Source of the DNA: a virus
Taxonomy: Duplodnaviria > Caudoviricetes
IMG/VR virus record: IMGVR_UViG_2928716645_000002
Span: 43,985-107,984 of that record
DNA length: 64,000 nt
Direction: 5' to 3' (one strand)
The notes under the pieces: model-generated
What the model was told of the DNA's origin: nothing
Seen by the model: only the letters and a program-made list of their open reading frames with translations
The model's database searches: none
Made by a program: the position numbers and the translations under genes
Part shown: positions 44,431 through 55,090 of the stretch, one piece after another
How positions within the stretch are numbered: position 1 is the stretch's first letter
Layout: every line of letters begins with the position of its first letter

Positions 44431-46304
44431 CGGAGCTTGGCTATGTCGGCACCGCCGTCGTCTTCACTGGGGTCGGATTCCTCATCTGCTCAGCCTTTTT
44501 CACCCGCGCCTACTGGGCTGCAATCCGCGATCGCGGCGACCTGATGCTCGCCCTGTTCAATGCCGGCTCCTCGCTGAAGGCCGCCGGCCGCGCCGAGGAA
44601 GCTGCCCTGGCGTTTGGCGTCGCCAAGCGAGTTCAGGAGACGTCGGCATGCTGATCCGCGCCTCCGGGAATAGCCATTGGCGGAAGTTCTTCTTCGCCGC
44701 TCCAGCCATCACCATCGACGGGCGAACCGTCCTCGACGTGATCGAGGCCGACGACGAGGCCGGATATGTCGTCCGCTACATGCGCGACGAGGCTGGCCAG
44801 CTGATCGAAGACGGCTACCGCTACGCGACCATCCGCGAAGAAGGCGTCGTCGTCTTCACCGGCCAGCGCCGTTGGAGCCCGGACGACGCCAAGGCCGCGG
44901 CGCAGACCAAGCGCGATCGCCGCGCCATTCGCAACCTCGATATCCAACGTCGTGCCGGGAAGGACGTCACCGCATGACCGATCCCCTCGACCCGACCGCC
45001 ATTATCGACGACCTCGCCTTCCGGGCCGGGTATCTCGAGCAAGCGCACATCCAGACCATTGAGCGACTGAGAGCGCTTGCCGCGCGCGGTGGCGCGACGG
45101 CGGACGAACTGCGCCTGGCGATCGCCGGACTCGCCATCGACACTCACAAGGGACTTGCCGCGCTCCAGGTCGGCGCGGCCGCGCGGATGGCCGCTCGTCA
45201 CGCGGCCACCACGCCCGAGGTGTGCGCGAAGATCCTGCCGTTTCGACGCACCGGCGAAACAGAGGCTGTCCCGTCATGACGGAAAAGTCATCCACCATCG
45301 TGGTCCCTTTGTCCGGCGTGTGCCTCGATGAGATCGTCAATCCTTGGCACGGCATTGCCAAGATTGCCGAACGACTCGGCGTCCAACCACTCGAGGGGCG
45401 TAAACACCGGCCTACGGTCACCGTGAGCGGAGCCGAAACGTTGCCGCTGCACGGCGGATCACGGGCTCCATCGTACGACCTCTTCGAAGTTGTCGAGGCC
45501 GTGCTCGACCGCCTCGATCGAATTGAACGAGGGGGGCCATGATCGAAGCAACCCTACCACCAAGCTGGACCCGCCTCATCTTCGCGCCAGCGGCGGAGCG
45601 CGCCGCAGCGGCGCCGGAAGAGCGAGCCGCCTACGACAACTTCGTCGAGCGGCTGATGGCTCGGCCCGAGGATTTCGGATTCCGACTCGAAACACCCGAG
45701 GACGTCGCAGCGGACGACCGCTTCGACACCGCCCTCGCCGCAGAAAATCGGGATTGGGGATAGCCTATGGCACATCCAGGAATGACCCGGTGCACACCGG
45801 ACACCTTCGACCTCGACCTCACCGGCGCCTACGCCGTGATCCTTCGCGCGTACGGCATGACGTACGAGGGCACGATCGACGAGATCGAGGCCCGCGCCTT
45901 CCAGATCCTTTGGAAGCCGGCGGAGGCGCGCCCGTATTCCCAGGTCAAGCCGCGCCTCGCCGCGGCGATCGCGCTGGCGCGCCGTGACGGACCGATCGAT
46001 TTGAGCGCGGTGGCGGCATGAAGCTGGAACGCGCGATCATCCTCGTTCTGCTCGCCGTCATCGCGGCTCTCGTTCTCGAGGGCGCGACCGTCGAACTGCT
46101 CTGTGCCGCGCTGTTGCTCGGCCTCGTCCTCGGCGCGCTGCTGGGCGCGGCCTTCGTCACCGATCGGCAACAAAAGGAGTCGGCACCGTAATGGCAGCCA
46201 TTCGGACATTCGTGCGGGAAGTTGCGGCGTTCTTCGCGATCGCGGGGATGATCTTTGGCTGCATCGTGAAGGCATCGACCGCCATGGGGGTTATCCATGG
46301 CTGA
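44427..46304 (+). other. Run of coupled small hypothetical CDSs (44427-44654, 44648-44977, 44974-45279, 45276-45542, 45539-45763, 45767-46021, 46018-46191, 46191-46304)
   Basis: Mostly ATGA/TAATG-overlapping genes; three are membrane-like. Confidence 0.65.
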
Positions 46305-46863
46305 GCGGCGGGTCGAACTCGATCCCTCGGTGCTGATCCGACTCGGCACCAACATGGAAAACATCGGTCAGGCCTGGCAGGCCGACGTCGACGAGCTAAA
46401 CGCGGCGCGCGACCAGATCCAGATGTTGAGGCGCGAGCTCGACCAGGCGGACGACCGCGCATCAAACCTGCAGGCCGAGCTCTCCGCCTCTCGCGGCGAG
46501 GTGCGGCAGCTGCTGCAACGGAACTCCTACCTCGAGGCCCACACCCAACGCCTCTTCGAGACAGCCCAGGACGTCGGCGACAGCATGAAGTCGCTCGCCG
46601 AGTCTGCCGTTGACGTCGCGCGCCGAGCGCCGGCAGGGGCGCCGGCCGCCGCTCCGGTGCGTGCCGACGGCACCACGGCGCCGCGGCCCACGGCGGTCGC
46701 GGCGCCGACCGGACACGCGCCGGTCCAACGGCCGCGCACCTTGGACGATGTCCGAAGGGAGCAGAAGGCCGCGGCCGAGACCGACCCCGACGACGACGGC
46801 ACCGGCCTGCCGCCGGGCAAGCCGCAATTCCTCAGAACACCGCTTCCAACCGTCTCACCGTAG
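46297..46863 (+). CDS. Coiled-coil hypothetical protein
   Basis: Heptad-rich N-terminal half. Confidence 0.7.
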   Translation: MAERRVELDPSVLIRLGTNMENIGQAWQADVDELNAARDQIQMLRRELDQADDRASNLQAELSASRGEVRQLLQRNSYLEAHTQRLFETAQDVGDSMKSLAESAVDVARRAPAGAPAAAPVRADGTTAPRPTAVAAPTGHAPVQRPRTLDDVRREQKAAAETDPDDDGTGLPPGKPQFLRTPLPTVSP

Positions 46864-46870
46864 GTTACGC

Positions 46871-48223
46871 ATGACCGAACAGCCGTCACCGCTCAAGATC
46901 CTCTCCCTCGACGTCGAGAACGTGCTGCGCGTCCGCGCTGTGCGGATCACACCAACGGGCAACGTGCTCGAGCTCACCGGCCGCAACCGGCAGGGAAAGA
47001 GCAGCGTCATCGACGCACTCTGGGCCGCGCTCGGCGGCGAAAAGAAGATCCCGGCCGATCCCGTCCACGACGGCGCCAAGATGGGCAACATCGTCGTCGA
47101 CATCGGCGACGCCACAGGCCTGAAGTACCGCGTCACTCGCCGGATCAAGAAGAAGGATGATGGTGACTGGTCCACCAGCCTCACCATCGAGAACGAGGAT
47201 GGCTTCCGGTCCGACAAGCCGCAGCAGATCCTGAACACCTTGATCGGCGCCCTCAGCTGCGACCCACTCGATTTCATCAACAAGGGACCGAAGGAGCAGT
47301 TCGATCTTCTGAAGACGTTCGTGTCCGGGGTCGATTTTGACGCGATCGCCAAGGCCAATGTCGCGGACTTCGATGCCAGGACCGTGGTCAATCGCGATGC
47401 CAAGGCCCTGCGGACCCGGGCCAACGCAATCGTCCTGGACGAGACCGCCCCGACTGAACCGGTCGACGAGGCTGCACTGGTGCGGGAGCTCGCCGAGGCG
47501 GCCGATAAGAACGGCGCCGTGCAACGTTTTCGATCCGACCAGGCGGCACGCCGGCAGCGCGCGGCGGAGCGCGACGCTGCGGCTGAAGCGGCGCGACAGC
47601 GCATCGGCCAATTGCTGGCTGAAATCGAGAAGCTAACCAAGCAAGCTGATGAGGACGACACGGCGGCGGCCGAAATCCGCTTCGAGATCAGCGAGGCCGG
47701 CGATGAGCCGCCCACGGTCGACACTCAGGAACTGCAGGCCAGGATCACGGCAGCGCGCGAGACCAACGCCAAGGTCGCCGCGGCAGGCCGCGCACGAACT
47801 GAGAAGGAACGTCTCGCCAGCGAGGCCGCGGCGCTCGAGGCGAAATCCGAGGCACTGAGCAAAGCGATCGCTGCCCGCGAGACCGAGAAGCAGGAAGCGA
47901 TTGCGCGCGCCGAGATGCCGGTGCCGGGCCTGTCGTTTGGAGACGGCGTCATCTTGCTCGACGGCCACCCGCTCGCCCAGGCCAGTCAGGCCCAGAAGCT
48001 CAGCCTGGCCGTCGCCATCGCGATGAAGCTTCAGCCGCGCCTCCGCTTCCTGACGACCAAGCACGCCGCGTTGCTCGACGACGAGTCCTGGGCTGCGCTC
48101 GTCCGGCTCGCCGACGAGCAGGATCTGCTCGTCATCGCCGAGACCGTCAACTCCAACCGGCCGACCGCGGTGGTGATCGAAGACGGTCACGTTCGCGGGG
48201 CCGAGCAGCAAGCCGCGGAGTGA
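46871..48223 (+). CDS. SMC/Rad50-like ABC ATPase
   Basis: GRNRQGKSS Walker A, a long coiled coil, a degenerate signature ASQAQ, and LLDD. Confidence 0.85.
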   Translation: MTEQPSPLKILSLDVENVLRVRAVRITPTGNVLELTGRNRQGKSSVIDALWAALGGEKKIPADPVHDGAKMGNIVVDIGDATGLKYRVTRRIKKKDDGDWSTSLTIENEDGFRSDKPQQILNTLIGALSCDPLDFINKGPKEQFDLLKTFVSGVDFDAIAKANVADFDARTVVNRDAKALRTRANAIVLDETAPTEPVDEAALVRELAEAADKNGAVQRFRSDQAARRQRAAERDAAAEAARQRIGQLLAEIEKLTKQADEDDTAAAEIRFEISEAGDEPPTVDTQELQARITAARETNAKVAAAGRARTEKERLASEAAALEAKSEALSKAIAARETEKQEAIARAEMPVPGLSFGDGVILLDGHPLAQASQAQKLSLAVAIAMKLQPRLRFLTTKHAALLDDESWAALVRLADEQDLLVIAETVNSNRPTAVVIEDGHVRGAEQQAAE

Positions 48224-48696
48224 TCGCCATGTTCGACACGTTCTCCCGCTTTTTCCGCCCTCACCGCTCTTCGCCCATGGATTCGGCTCCGCCATGGGCG
48301 CGGGAAATCGACCGAAAGCTGAGCCGCATTTTGACGAACGAGGACCAACAGATGTCTGCCCAAGACGATCTCAATAACGCGGTTGTCGCGCTGGCTTCCG
48401 GCTACGCCAACCTCCACGCCTCCATCCTGCCGGTGCTGCAGACCATCGCCGACAACGCGAATGGCAACTCGGTCATCACGCAGGCCGTCGCCAACATCCA
48501 GGCAGTGACGGGCAAGATGGCCGACGATGCTGCGGCGCTGACCGCTGCCGTTCCGGCCGCGACCACCGTCTCGCCGCCGCCGGCGTCGCAGCCGGTCGTT
48601 CAGGACACGCCGACCGTCACGCCGCCGTCGATCGACGTCCCGCCGGTCACCGACCCGAGCGCTGCGCCGCCGGCCGGCGACGGCTCCGGCACCTGA
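48220..48696 (+). CDS. Hypothetical protein with a Pro/Thr-rich tail
   Basis: GTGA coupling; possible internal start MSAQDDL. Confidence 0.6.
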   Translation: MIAMFDTFSRFFRPHRSSPMDSAPPWAREIDRKLSRILTNEDQQMSAQDDLNNAVVALASGYANLHASILPVLQTIADNANGNSVITQAVANIQAVTGKMADDAAALTAAVPAATTVSPPPASQPVVQDTPTVTPPSIDVPPVTDPSAAPPAGDGSGT

Positions 48697-48767
48697 CCGG
48701 AAGACGGTTCCTCCCCAACTTGCCGCGCGGGTTTCGGCTCGCGCGGCCTCTTCTTCGGAAACTGACC

Positions 48768-49886
48768 ATGAATGCCGTTGTCCCCACCGCCGATGTTGCC
48801 GCTTCCGAGCCCGTGAAATTCGAGCCCGGCATCTACTTCGGCGTGCCCGAGGACAAGTACCACCAGGACACCTCGCTCGGATCAACGAAGCTGAAGGAAC
48901 TGGTGATCGACCCGATTGAATATCAGCACGGCCGCCTGCACGGCGCCGAGCAAAAAGAGACGTTCCAGCTGAAGTGGGGCCGCGCAATCCACTGCCGCGC
49001 GCTCGAGGGAAAGCAGTTCCTGTGCGAGCGCTTCCCGATCGCACCGTCCCTGACTGACTATCCCAAAGCGCTCGTGACGATGGATCACCTCCGCGAGCAC
49101 GCCAAGAAGCTAGGCCTGACCAAGGTCGGCAACACCAAGGCCTTGGTAGCCACCGCGATCCGAGAGTTCGACCAGACCATCCCGATCTGGGACGAGATCA
49201 TGGCCCGGTTCGAAACCGAGCATGCCGGCAAGACCATCATTCCGCGCGAAGCGATCGAGCACATCGAGCGCGCCGTGGAATGGATGCAGCGGGAGCCTAA
49301 ATTGGCGCCCGTGATGGAAGACGGCACGTTTACTGCCGGCGCATCCGAAGTCTCTATCTTCTATGAAGAGAATGGCGTCCGGCTCAAAGCCCGCATCGAC
49401 CACCTCCTATCCCACGCCGTCGTCGACCTGAAATCATTCCGGCCATTCCTACAGGAGCGGTTGAGGGAAGCCGCGAAGAAGGCGATCTCGCGCATGCGGT
49501 ACGACCTGCAGGCCGCGGCGTACATCCGCGCGCTGAAGGTTGCCGCCAAGCTGTTCGACGAGGGCAAGGTCTTCGATTGCCCCTACTCGCCTTCCTTCCT
49601 CGAGTCCGTGTTTGCAGCCTTGAAGGTCGCGGAGCGTGATCCGGGATCCGAGGAGGCGCTGAAGTGGGTCTGGGTGCTGATCAAGGCCTCGGGCGCGCCG
49701 CAGCCGGTCGTCGCGGAGTTCGATCTCGGCAGCATGATCTTCCGCCAGGCCGCCGTCGATATCGACGACGCCATCAAGAACTACCGCCTCTACGTCGAGA
49801 AATTCGGTCTCGACCAGGACTGGGTGCCGGAACTCCCGGCCGAGGTTTGGGGCGACACCGACTTCCCGTCTTGGGCTTTCACCTGA
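48768..49886 (+). CDS. RecE / exonuclease VIII-like PD-(D/E)xK exonuclease
   Basis: YH..SLGST.LK, GRAIH, KARID..VDLKS and YDLQAAAY motifs. Confidence 0.85.
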   Translation: MNAVVPTADVAASEPVKFEPGIYFGVPEDKYHQDTSLGSTKLKELVIDPIEYQHGRLHGAEQKETFQLKWGRAIHCRALEGKQFLCERFPIAPSLTDYPKALVTMDHLREHAKKLGLTKVGNTKALVATAIREFDQTIPIWDEIMARFETEHAGKTIIPREAIEHIERAVEWMQREPKLAPVMEDGTFTAGASEVSIFYEENGVRLKARIDHLLSHAVVDLKSFRPFLQERLREAAKKAISRMRYDLQAAAYIRALKVAAKLFDEGKVFDCPYSPSFLESVFAALKVAERDPGSEEALKWVWVLIKASGAPQPVVAEFDLGSMIFRQAAVDIDDAIKNYRLYVEKFGLDQDWVPELPAEVWGDTDFPSWAFT

Positions 49887-49901
49887 CCTCTGAGGACTGA
49901 C

Positions 49902-51413
49902 ATGAACATGATGACCGCCGGCGATCCCCGCGACCAAGAACGAGAGACCCTGCCAGCCGTGGTAGTGGAAAGCGTGATGCCCGCCATGCTCCGCGCTGAG
50001 ATCGACGGGCAAATCGCTACCGCGAAAGCCTATCCGCGGAACGTGTCCCGGGCGATCGGCAACATCAAGAGCCTTGCCACGCTCGACGAAGAGACCGCCG
50101 CGGAGTCGCTCTATGCGCTCGTTCGCAAGAAGAAGCAGCGCGGTCGCGGTGGGAACGAGACGGCCGAAACGGACAACGCAGCAATCGAGGGGCCGAGCAT
50201 CCGCCTCGCCGAGATTGCAGCGCAGTGCTGGGGCAATTGTCGCATCGAGGCCCACGTCGTCACGGTCAACCGCAAGGACAAATACGTTGAGGCCGTTGGC
50301 ACTTTCCACGACCTCGAGACCAACATGGCGTCGACAGCAACGGTTCGGCGCAGGATATCGACCTCGAGCGGCAACCTATTCTCGGACGACATGATCACGG
50401 TCACGGGTAATGCGGCGTGCTCGATTGCCAAACGCAATGCGATTCTCGCCGGCATTCCGCGCGGCGTCTATCGTCCGGCTTACCATGCAGCGCGCGAGGT
50501 GGTTGCCGGAACCACCGCCACCCTCTCCCAGAATCGGGACAAGGCTATCAAGGCCTTCGCCGCGTACGGCGTGACGCCTGATCAGATCTTCGAGGCTCTC
50601 GACGTCCAGGGCGAAGCGGACATCCGTCTCGACCACATCGCGACGCTGCGCGGTATGTTCATGTCGATCAAGAACGGCGAAGCCACCGTCGAGGAGATGT
50701 TTGCGAAGGAGAAGCCGGCAGAGGCTGATCCCAACTACAACCCGCTGGTGAAGAACCACGCCGGCGGCGCGACGGATCAACAGACTACGGGAGGCGCGAA
50801 TGAAGTAGGCCAGACCGGGAATGAGGGACAGACGCGTCAGGCCGATGCGTCCGGTACCGAAAGTCGATCTGCAGTTGCGCAGGAAAGCAGCCAGGCCGGT
50901 GAAAAGCCGGCCGCGGATTCCGCCGCGGCGGAGGCAGCGCATCCATCTGGCCATGCGGCAGGACATCAACCTGCGGCCGGATCGGACAGCGCTGCCACCC
51001 CGGCGCAGACGTCGGCGAAGCCAGCCCCCGTCGATGCTGGGACGAGCCAGGAGCGCACCGCCAGTGGCTCGTCCCAACCTGATTTGCTGTCCGGCCCAAC
51101 CTCCGCCCAGGACGGCAAAGCGCAGTCGAGCAGTCCCCAAGGCTCGCCTGCCAATGGAGCGGATGCGTCCCGTGGCCGTGGCGCGTCCGCTCCAGATCTC
51201 TTCGCATACCACAAGGCGCTGCTGACCATCGAAAACGGCGGTCCGCCGAAACTCGGCAAGATGTCTGAGCAGTGGCTCGGCAAGTATGGCCGGTTCGAGG
51301 GCGACGCCGAGAAGAAGCGCGGCGAGATATATGCCGCGCACGGCGAGCGCTTGACCGGCTCAATCGACACGGCTGCCTGCAGCAAGAAGGTCGAGGGGAT
51401 CATCGCGCGATGA
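49902..51413 (+). CDS. Putative single-strand annealing protein with a long disordered region
   Basis: EIDGQIATAKAYPR and IEGPSIRLAE..WGN; follows the exonuclease. Confidence 0.65.
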   Translation: MNMMTAGDPRDQERETLPAVVVESVMPAMLRAEIDGQIATAKAYPRNVSRAIGNIKSLATLDEETAAESLYALVRKKKQRGRGGNETAETDNAAIEGPSIRLAEIAAQCWGNCRIEAHVVTVNRKDKYVEAVGTFHDLETNMASTATVRRRISTSSGNLFSDDMITVTGNAACSIAKRNAILAGIPRGVYRPAYHAAREVVAGTTATLSQNRDKAIKAFAAYGVTPDQIFEALDVQGEADIRLDHIATLRGMFMSIKNGEATVEEMFAKEKPAEADPNYNPLVKNHAGGATDQQTTGGANEVGQTGNEGQTRQADASGTESRSAVAQESSQAGEKPAADSAAAEAAHPSGHAAGHQPAAGSDSAATPAQTSAKPAPVDAGTSQERTASGSSQPDLLSGPTSAQDGKAQSSSPQGSPANGADASRGRGASAPDLFAYHKALLTIENGGPPKLGKMSEQWLGKYGRFEGDAEKKRGEIYAAHGERLTGSIDTAACSKKVEGIIAR

Positions 51414-51826
51414 CGATCCTCGACCGCCCGCCGTCGGATTGGAAGCGGCCGGCTATGCCGGTACGCATCAAGCTGGATGTTGTCATCCGCCAGGAGGGCC
51501 GGTGCAAGCAGACGGGTGAAAAACTCGGCACGCTCGCCAACACCCGGTTTGACCACCGCCCGGCCCTCTGGGAGCGGAAGTTCGACACCACGGCGGACGA
51601 CACGGTGCCGCCGGCGAACGATCCGGCATTCATTGATGCCTGCACTGTCGCCGGCCACGACGTCCGGACGCACGGCAACGGCGCCACCACGGTGGGCTCG
51701 GACTCGCATCGCCGCGCCAAGATCAAGCGCTTCACCGACCCAAAGCCCTCGAAGCCCAAGCGGAAGATCCGCGGCCGCTCGACCTTCCCGAAGGGACGCG
51801 GCTTTCCATCACGGAGATCGGCATGA
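51410..51826 (+). CDS. HNH-like protein
   Basis: FDHRPAL..NDP..H..RT. Confidence 0.6.
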   Translation: MTILDRPPSDWKRPAMPVRIKLDVVIRQEGRCKQTGEKLGTLANTRFDHRPALWERKFDTTADDTVPPANDPAFIDACTVAGHDVRTHGNGATTVGSDSHRRAKIKRFTDPKPSKPKRKIRGRSTFPKGRGFPSRRSA

Positions 51827-52443
51827 GCACGCTCCACGAAAGGACCCCTCGTTTCTCGTCTGCATCGGCACTGATCCGGCACTATCGCGCCGTCCGTGCG
51901 CGCATGTCGCGCCTGGCGCCACCGCCGATCCTGTCCCTGCCGTCACCGGCAATGATCGCGGCCGGCAATCCAGCGCCGGTCCGCGGGATTGTCGAGGTCG
52001 TCCCGATCCGCCCCGAGGCGGAGCCGCCGAACCCCATTCTCGATCAGCGGCGCGCCGACCCGCGGCACCTCTGCCGGCTCTCGGCCAACATCGAGCGGCT
52101 CGCCATCCGTCGGATGATCGAGGCCTACTTCACAAAACTCCGTGAAATCGGCCTCCGCAAGCGCTGCTTCGTCCTTCGCCGATGTGCGGCGGAACAGTTT
52201 CGCATTCCAGAAGAAGGTCTGAGCGGCCCGGACCAAACCGCACCCATCGTCCGATTCCGCCAGATCACGATGGCGGTGGCGCGGCGCCTGACCGGAATGA
52301 GTCTGCCGCAGATCGGCCAGGCCTTCGGTGGACGAGATCACACCACAGTCCTTCACGCGTCCCGCAAGTATTGTGGCTTGGTCGAGGATGTCCTGGCCGA
52401 GATGTACGACGGCCAGTCTTGCCCGGTCGAGGTTGAGCAATGA
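51823..52443 (+). CDS. DnaA domain IV (C-terminal HTH) protein
   Basis: RQITM..SLPQIGQAFGGRDHTTVLHA. Confidence 0.9.
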   Translation: MSTLHERTPRFSSASALIRHYRAVRARMSRLAPPPILSLPSPAMIAAGNPAPVRGIVEVVPIRPEAEPPNPILDQRRADPRHLCRLSANIERLAIRRMIEAYFTKLREIGLRKRCFVLRRCAAEQFRIPEEGLSGPDQTAPIVRFRQITMAVARRLTGMSLPQIGQAFGGRDHTTVLHASRKYCGLVEDVLAEMYDGQSCPVEVEQ

Positions 52444-52775
52444 CGCCGACCGTCGAGCAGCCAATCCTGAACGCCGCCGAGCCTCGCATCCTTCGTCGCC
52501 GCGTGTTGCACCTTCGCGCGTCCGGAGGATCCACGTACGGCGAGGAGCTTCTCGGCGAGCAACAGAACGTCATCGGACACCTCTCTTCCTGGATCGGCAC
52601 CGGCAAGAACGAAGGTCAAACGAAGACCGTCTATACGCTGAAGGTCGATGGTGACGGCCCGGCGCCGGAGTTCTCGGACTTCGCATCGTTCCGCGACGCT
52701 TACGCCAGGCTGCTGGAGCAGCGCCGGCGCGACAAGGAATGGAACGACGCGGCGCCGAAAGGCGGTGACCAATGA
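52440..52775 (+). CDS. Hypothetical protein
   Basis: ATGA coupling. Confidence 0.6.
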   Translation: MTPTVEQPILNAAEPRILRRRVLHLRASGGSTYGEELLGEQQNVIGHLSSWIGTGKNEGQTKTVYTLKVDGDGPAPEFSDFASFRDAYARLLEQRRRDKEWNDAAPKGGDQ

Positions 52776-53614
52776 TCGGCGCCGATGGACACTTCACGGA
52801 TCAGCCGATCGTTCCCGGCGCCGACGTCATCTATCGCCCGAAGGGGAACGCCGGCGAGTACGCACCACTGGCCACCAACCCGTACCGCGGCTGCGGGCAC
52901 GGCTGTGCATATTGCTACGTTCCGCCGGCGACGCACATTCCTCGACCGACCTTCGACCAGGGTGCAGTGCCGCGGCCGGGATTTCTGCAGCGCCTCGAGC
53001 GCGACATCAGGCGCTACCAGGCCGCCGGCATCTCCGACGGTCACCCAGCCGATCAGGTCTTCATCACGTTCTCCAGCGATCCGTTCCATCATGGCGACCT
53101 TTCGTTGACTCGGCAGACGATGCACGCGCTGAAAGATGGCGGTATGGCATTCTGCACGTTGTCGAAGGGCGGCCGCCGCGCCCTGTCCTTCCTGCCGGAG
53201 TACCGACACGAGCGCGACGCCTATGCCTGCACGCTGACGACGCTCGACGACGACTTTTCACGGACGTGGGAGCGCAACGCGGCGCTACCTGGCGAGCGGA
53301 TCGCCGTCCTCGAGGCCTTTCACCAGGCTGGGATCTTCACTTGGGTCTCACTCGAGCCGACCCTCGACGCCGCGGCCTCTATCGCAATCGTTCGCGCGAC
53401 GTACCGGTTTGTCGATCTCTACAAGATCGGCAAGGCCAACTACGTCCCGAAGATCTCCAAGACGATCGATTGGGCAACCTACACCGATGACGTGACGCGG
53501 GCCTGCCGGGAGCTCGGCGCCCGTCACTACGTCAAGCGCGACCTGCAAGCCTTCCTTCCACCCGATTACGACAACCCGCTGCGCGTGCCGCAGCATCATG
53601 GAGCCGTGGCATGA
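52772..53614 (+). CDS. Radical SAM protein (SPL-like)
   Basis: NPYRGCGHGCAYCY and WVSLEP motifs. Confidence 0.9.
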   Translation: MIGADGHFTDQPIVPGADVIYRPKGNAGEYAPLATNPYRGCGHGCAYCYVPPATHIPRPTFDQGAVPRPGFLQRLERDIRRYQAAGISDGHPADQVFITFSSDPFHHGDLSLTRQTMHALKDGGMAFCTLSKGGRRALSFLPEYRHERDAYACTLTTLDDDFSRTWERNAALPGERIAVLEAFHQAGIFTWVSLEPTLDAAASIAIVRATYRFVDLYKIGKANYVPKISKTIDWATYTDDVTRACRELGARHYVKRDLQAFLPPDYDNPLRVPQHHGAVA

Positions 53615-54264
53615 AGCCCGAATTCATTTCGTTCACCGGCGCCGACGAATGGACGTCGGTCGAAGAGATGCACAAGCTGTCAGGAAAGTATCCGATCTAC
53701 TGGGGACTCCTCTTCAGCCCGAAGCGTCAAGGCACGGATCCGCGCTATCCCACGGGCGATGCTCTGTCGCGATTGATGTGGAGCAACCTGCGCCTATCGG
53801 CGCACCTCTGCGGCGACTACAGCCGCCGGATCATGGCGGGCGAGTCCATCGTCGACACCATCCCTGTCGATCTCGGCTATTTCACCACTATCCAGGTCAA
53901 TCACACCGAACCGGTCCCGGCCAAGATCATCCAGTTCCGGAACGGCTGGGGGAACATGCGCGCGATCGCGCAGACCCGTGCCGACACATTCCCGACCGAC
54001 ACGTCCGTGGATTGGCTCTTTGATCGCAGCGGCGGCGCCAGCATCGCGCCGACGGCATGGCCGGCGCATCCAGGCGGCGATCAGCTCGTCGGGTACGCCG
54101 GCGGTATCTCACCCGACAACGTCCGCGAAGTCATGTCGGTGCTCGAGCAAATGAAGGGCCGCTACTGGATCGACATGGAAAGCGGGGTCCGGACCGACGA
54201 CCGGTTCGACCTGGAGAAGTGCCGCGCGGTTTGCGAGGCCGTTTTTGAGAAGGGAGAAGCCTGA
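53611..54264 (+). CDS. TrpF/PRAI-like TIM-barrel protein
   Basis: TGAD, SAHLCG, LFDRSGG, GYAGGISPDNV and WIDMESGVR motifs. Confidence 0.75.
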   Translation: MKPEFISFTGADEWTSVEEMHKLSGKYPIYWGLLFSPKRQGTDPRYPTGDALSRLMWSNLRLSAHLCGDYSRRIMAGESIVDTIPVDLGYFTTIQVNHTEPVPAKIIQFRNGWGNMRAIAQTRADTFPTDTSVDWLFDRSGGASIAPTAWPAHPGGDQLVGYAGGISPDNVREVMSVLEQMKGRYWIDMESGVRTDDRFDLEKCRAVCEAVFEKGEA

Positions 54265-54409
54265 TGGATTTGCTCAATTGGATCTCGGATCACCCTACCC
54301 TGACGATCACACTGTCGCTGATCGCGAGCGCGACCTATGCGCTGCCACGCATCGTCACCGCGGTCGCCACCCGCAACATCAACATCTCCAACAGGCTCTG
54401 AGGGCGACG

Positions 54410-55090
54410 GTGAAGGACGTTCCGGTCATCTTCAGCGCCCCGATGGTGCAGGCCCTGCTTCGAGAGATCGAAGCCCCCGGGACCGGCAAGACCATGACCA
54501 GGCGGTTGGCCTGGGGCGAACCGTTCAACATCTACAACGATGAGGACGGCGAGCAGGCGGCGCAGCTGCGGGCTAAAGGCTGCAAGGTCAGCGGTCCCGA
54601 CGACATGGGCACGCGGATCGCGTGGCCGCCGTCACCATGGCAAACGGTGAAGCCCGGCGACCGGCTTTGGGTACGCGAGACCACCAGCGCAGAACACCGT
54701 TGGACCGGAACGAAGCCGAGCCTGATCACCGACTCCGACGTTTGGTATTGGGCCGACGGCAATCCGGATGACGGAGATTGGACGAAGCCCATCGTCTCGA
54801 TCCATATGCCTCGCCGGTTCTCGCGCCTCACCATGATCGTCACCGCGACGAAGATCGAGCGGCTGATTGCGATCAGCGAGGCAGACGCCCTTGCTGAAGG
54901 CGTGGAGCGGCGCGGCGACACAGATTACTGGGCCGGGCTGAACCGCGGGACCGATGCCGTCGCGTGCTTTTCCGCGCTGTGGCGGTCGCTGCACGGCATG
55001 GGCTCGTGGGACAAGAACCCGGAGGTTGTCGCGATCTCGGGGCGCGTCATCAAAGCCAACGTCGATATGCCGGAGGCACGCGCGGCATGA
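54410..55090 (+). CDS. ASCH/PUA-like phage protein
   Basis: IFSAPMV..GKTMTRR, GDRLWVRE, SIHMPR and DALAEG motifs. Confidence 0.75.
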   Translation: MKDVPVIFSAPMVQALLREIEAPGTGKTMTRRLAWGEPFNIYNDEDGEQAAQLRAKGCKVSGPDDMGTRIAWPPSPWQTVKPGDRLWVRETTSAEHRWTGTKPSLITDSDVWYWADGNPDDGDWTKPIVSIHMPRRFSRLTMIVTATKIERLIAISEADALAEGVERRGDTDYWAGLNRGTDAVACFSALWRSLHGMGSWDKNPEVVAISGRVIKANVDMPEARAA

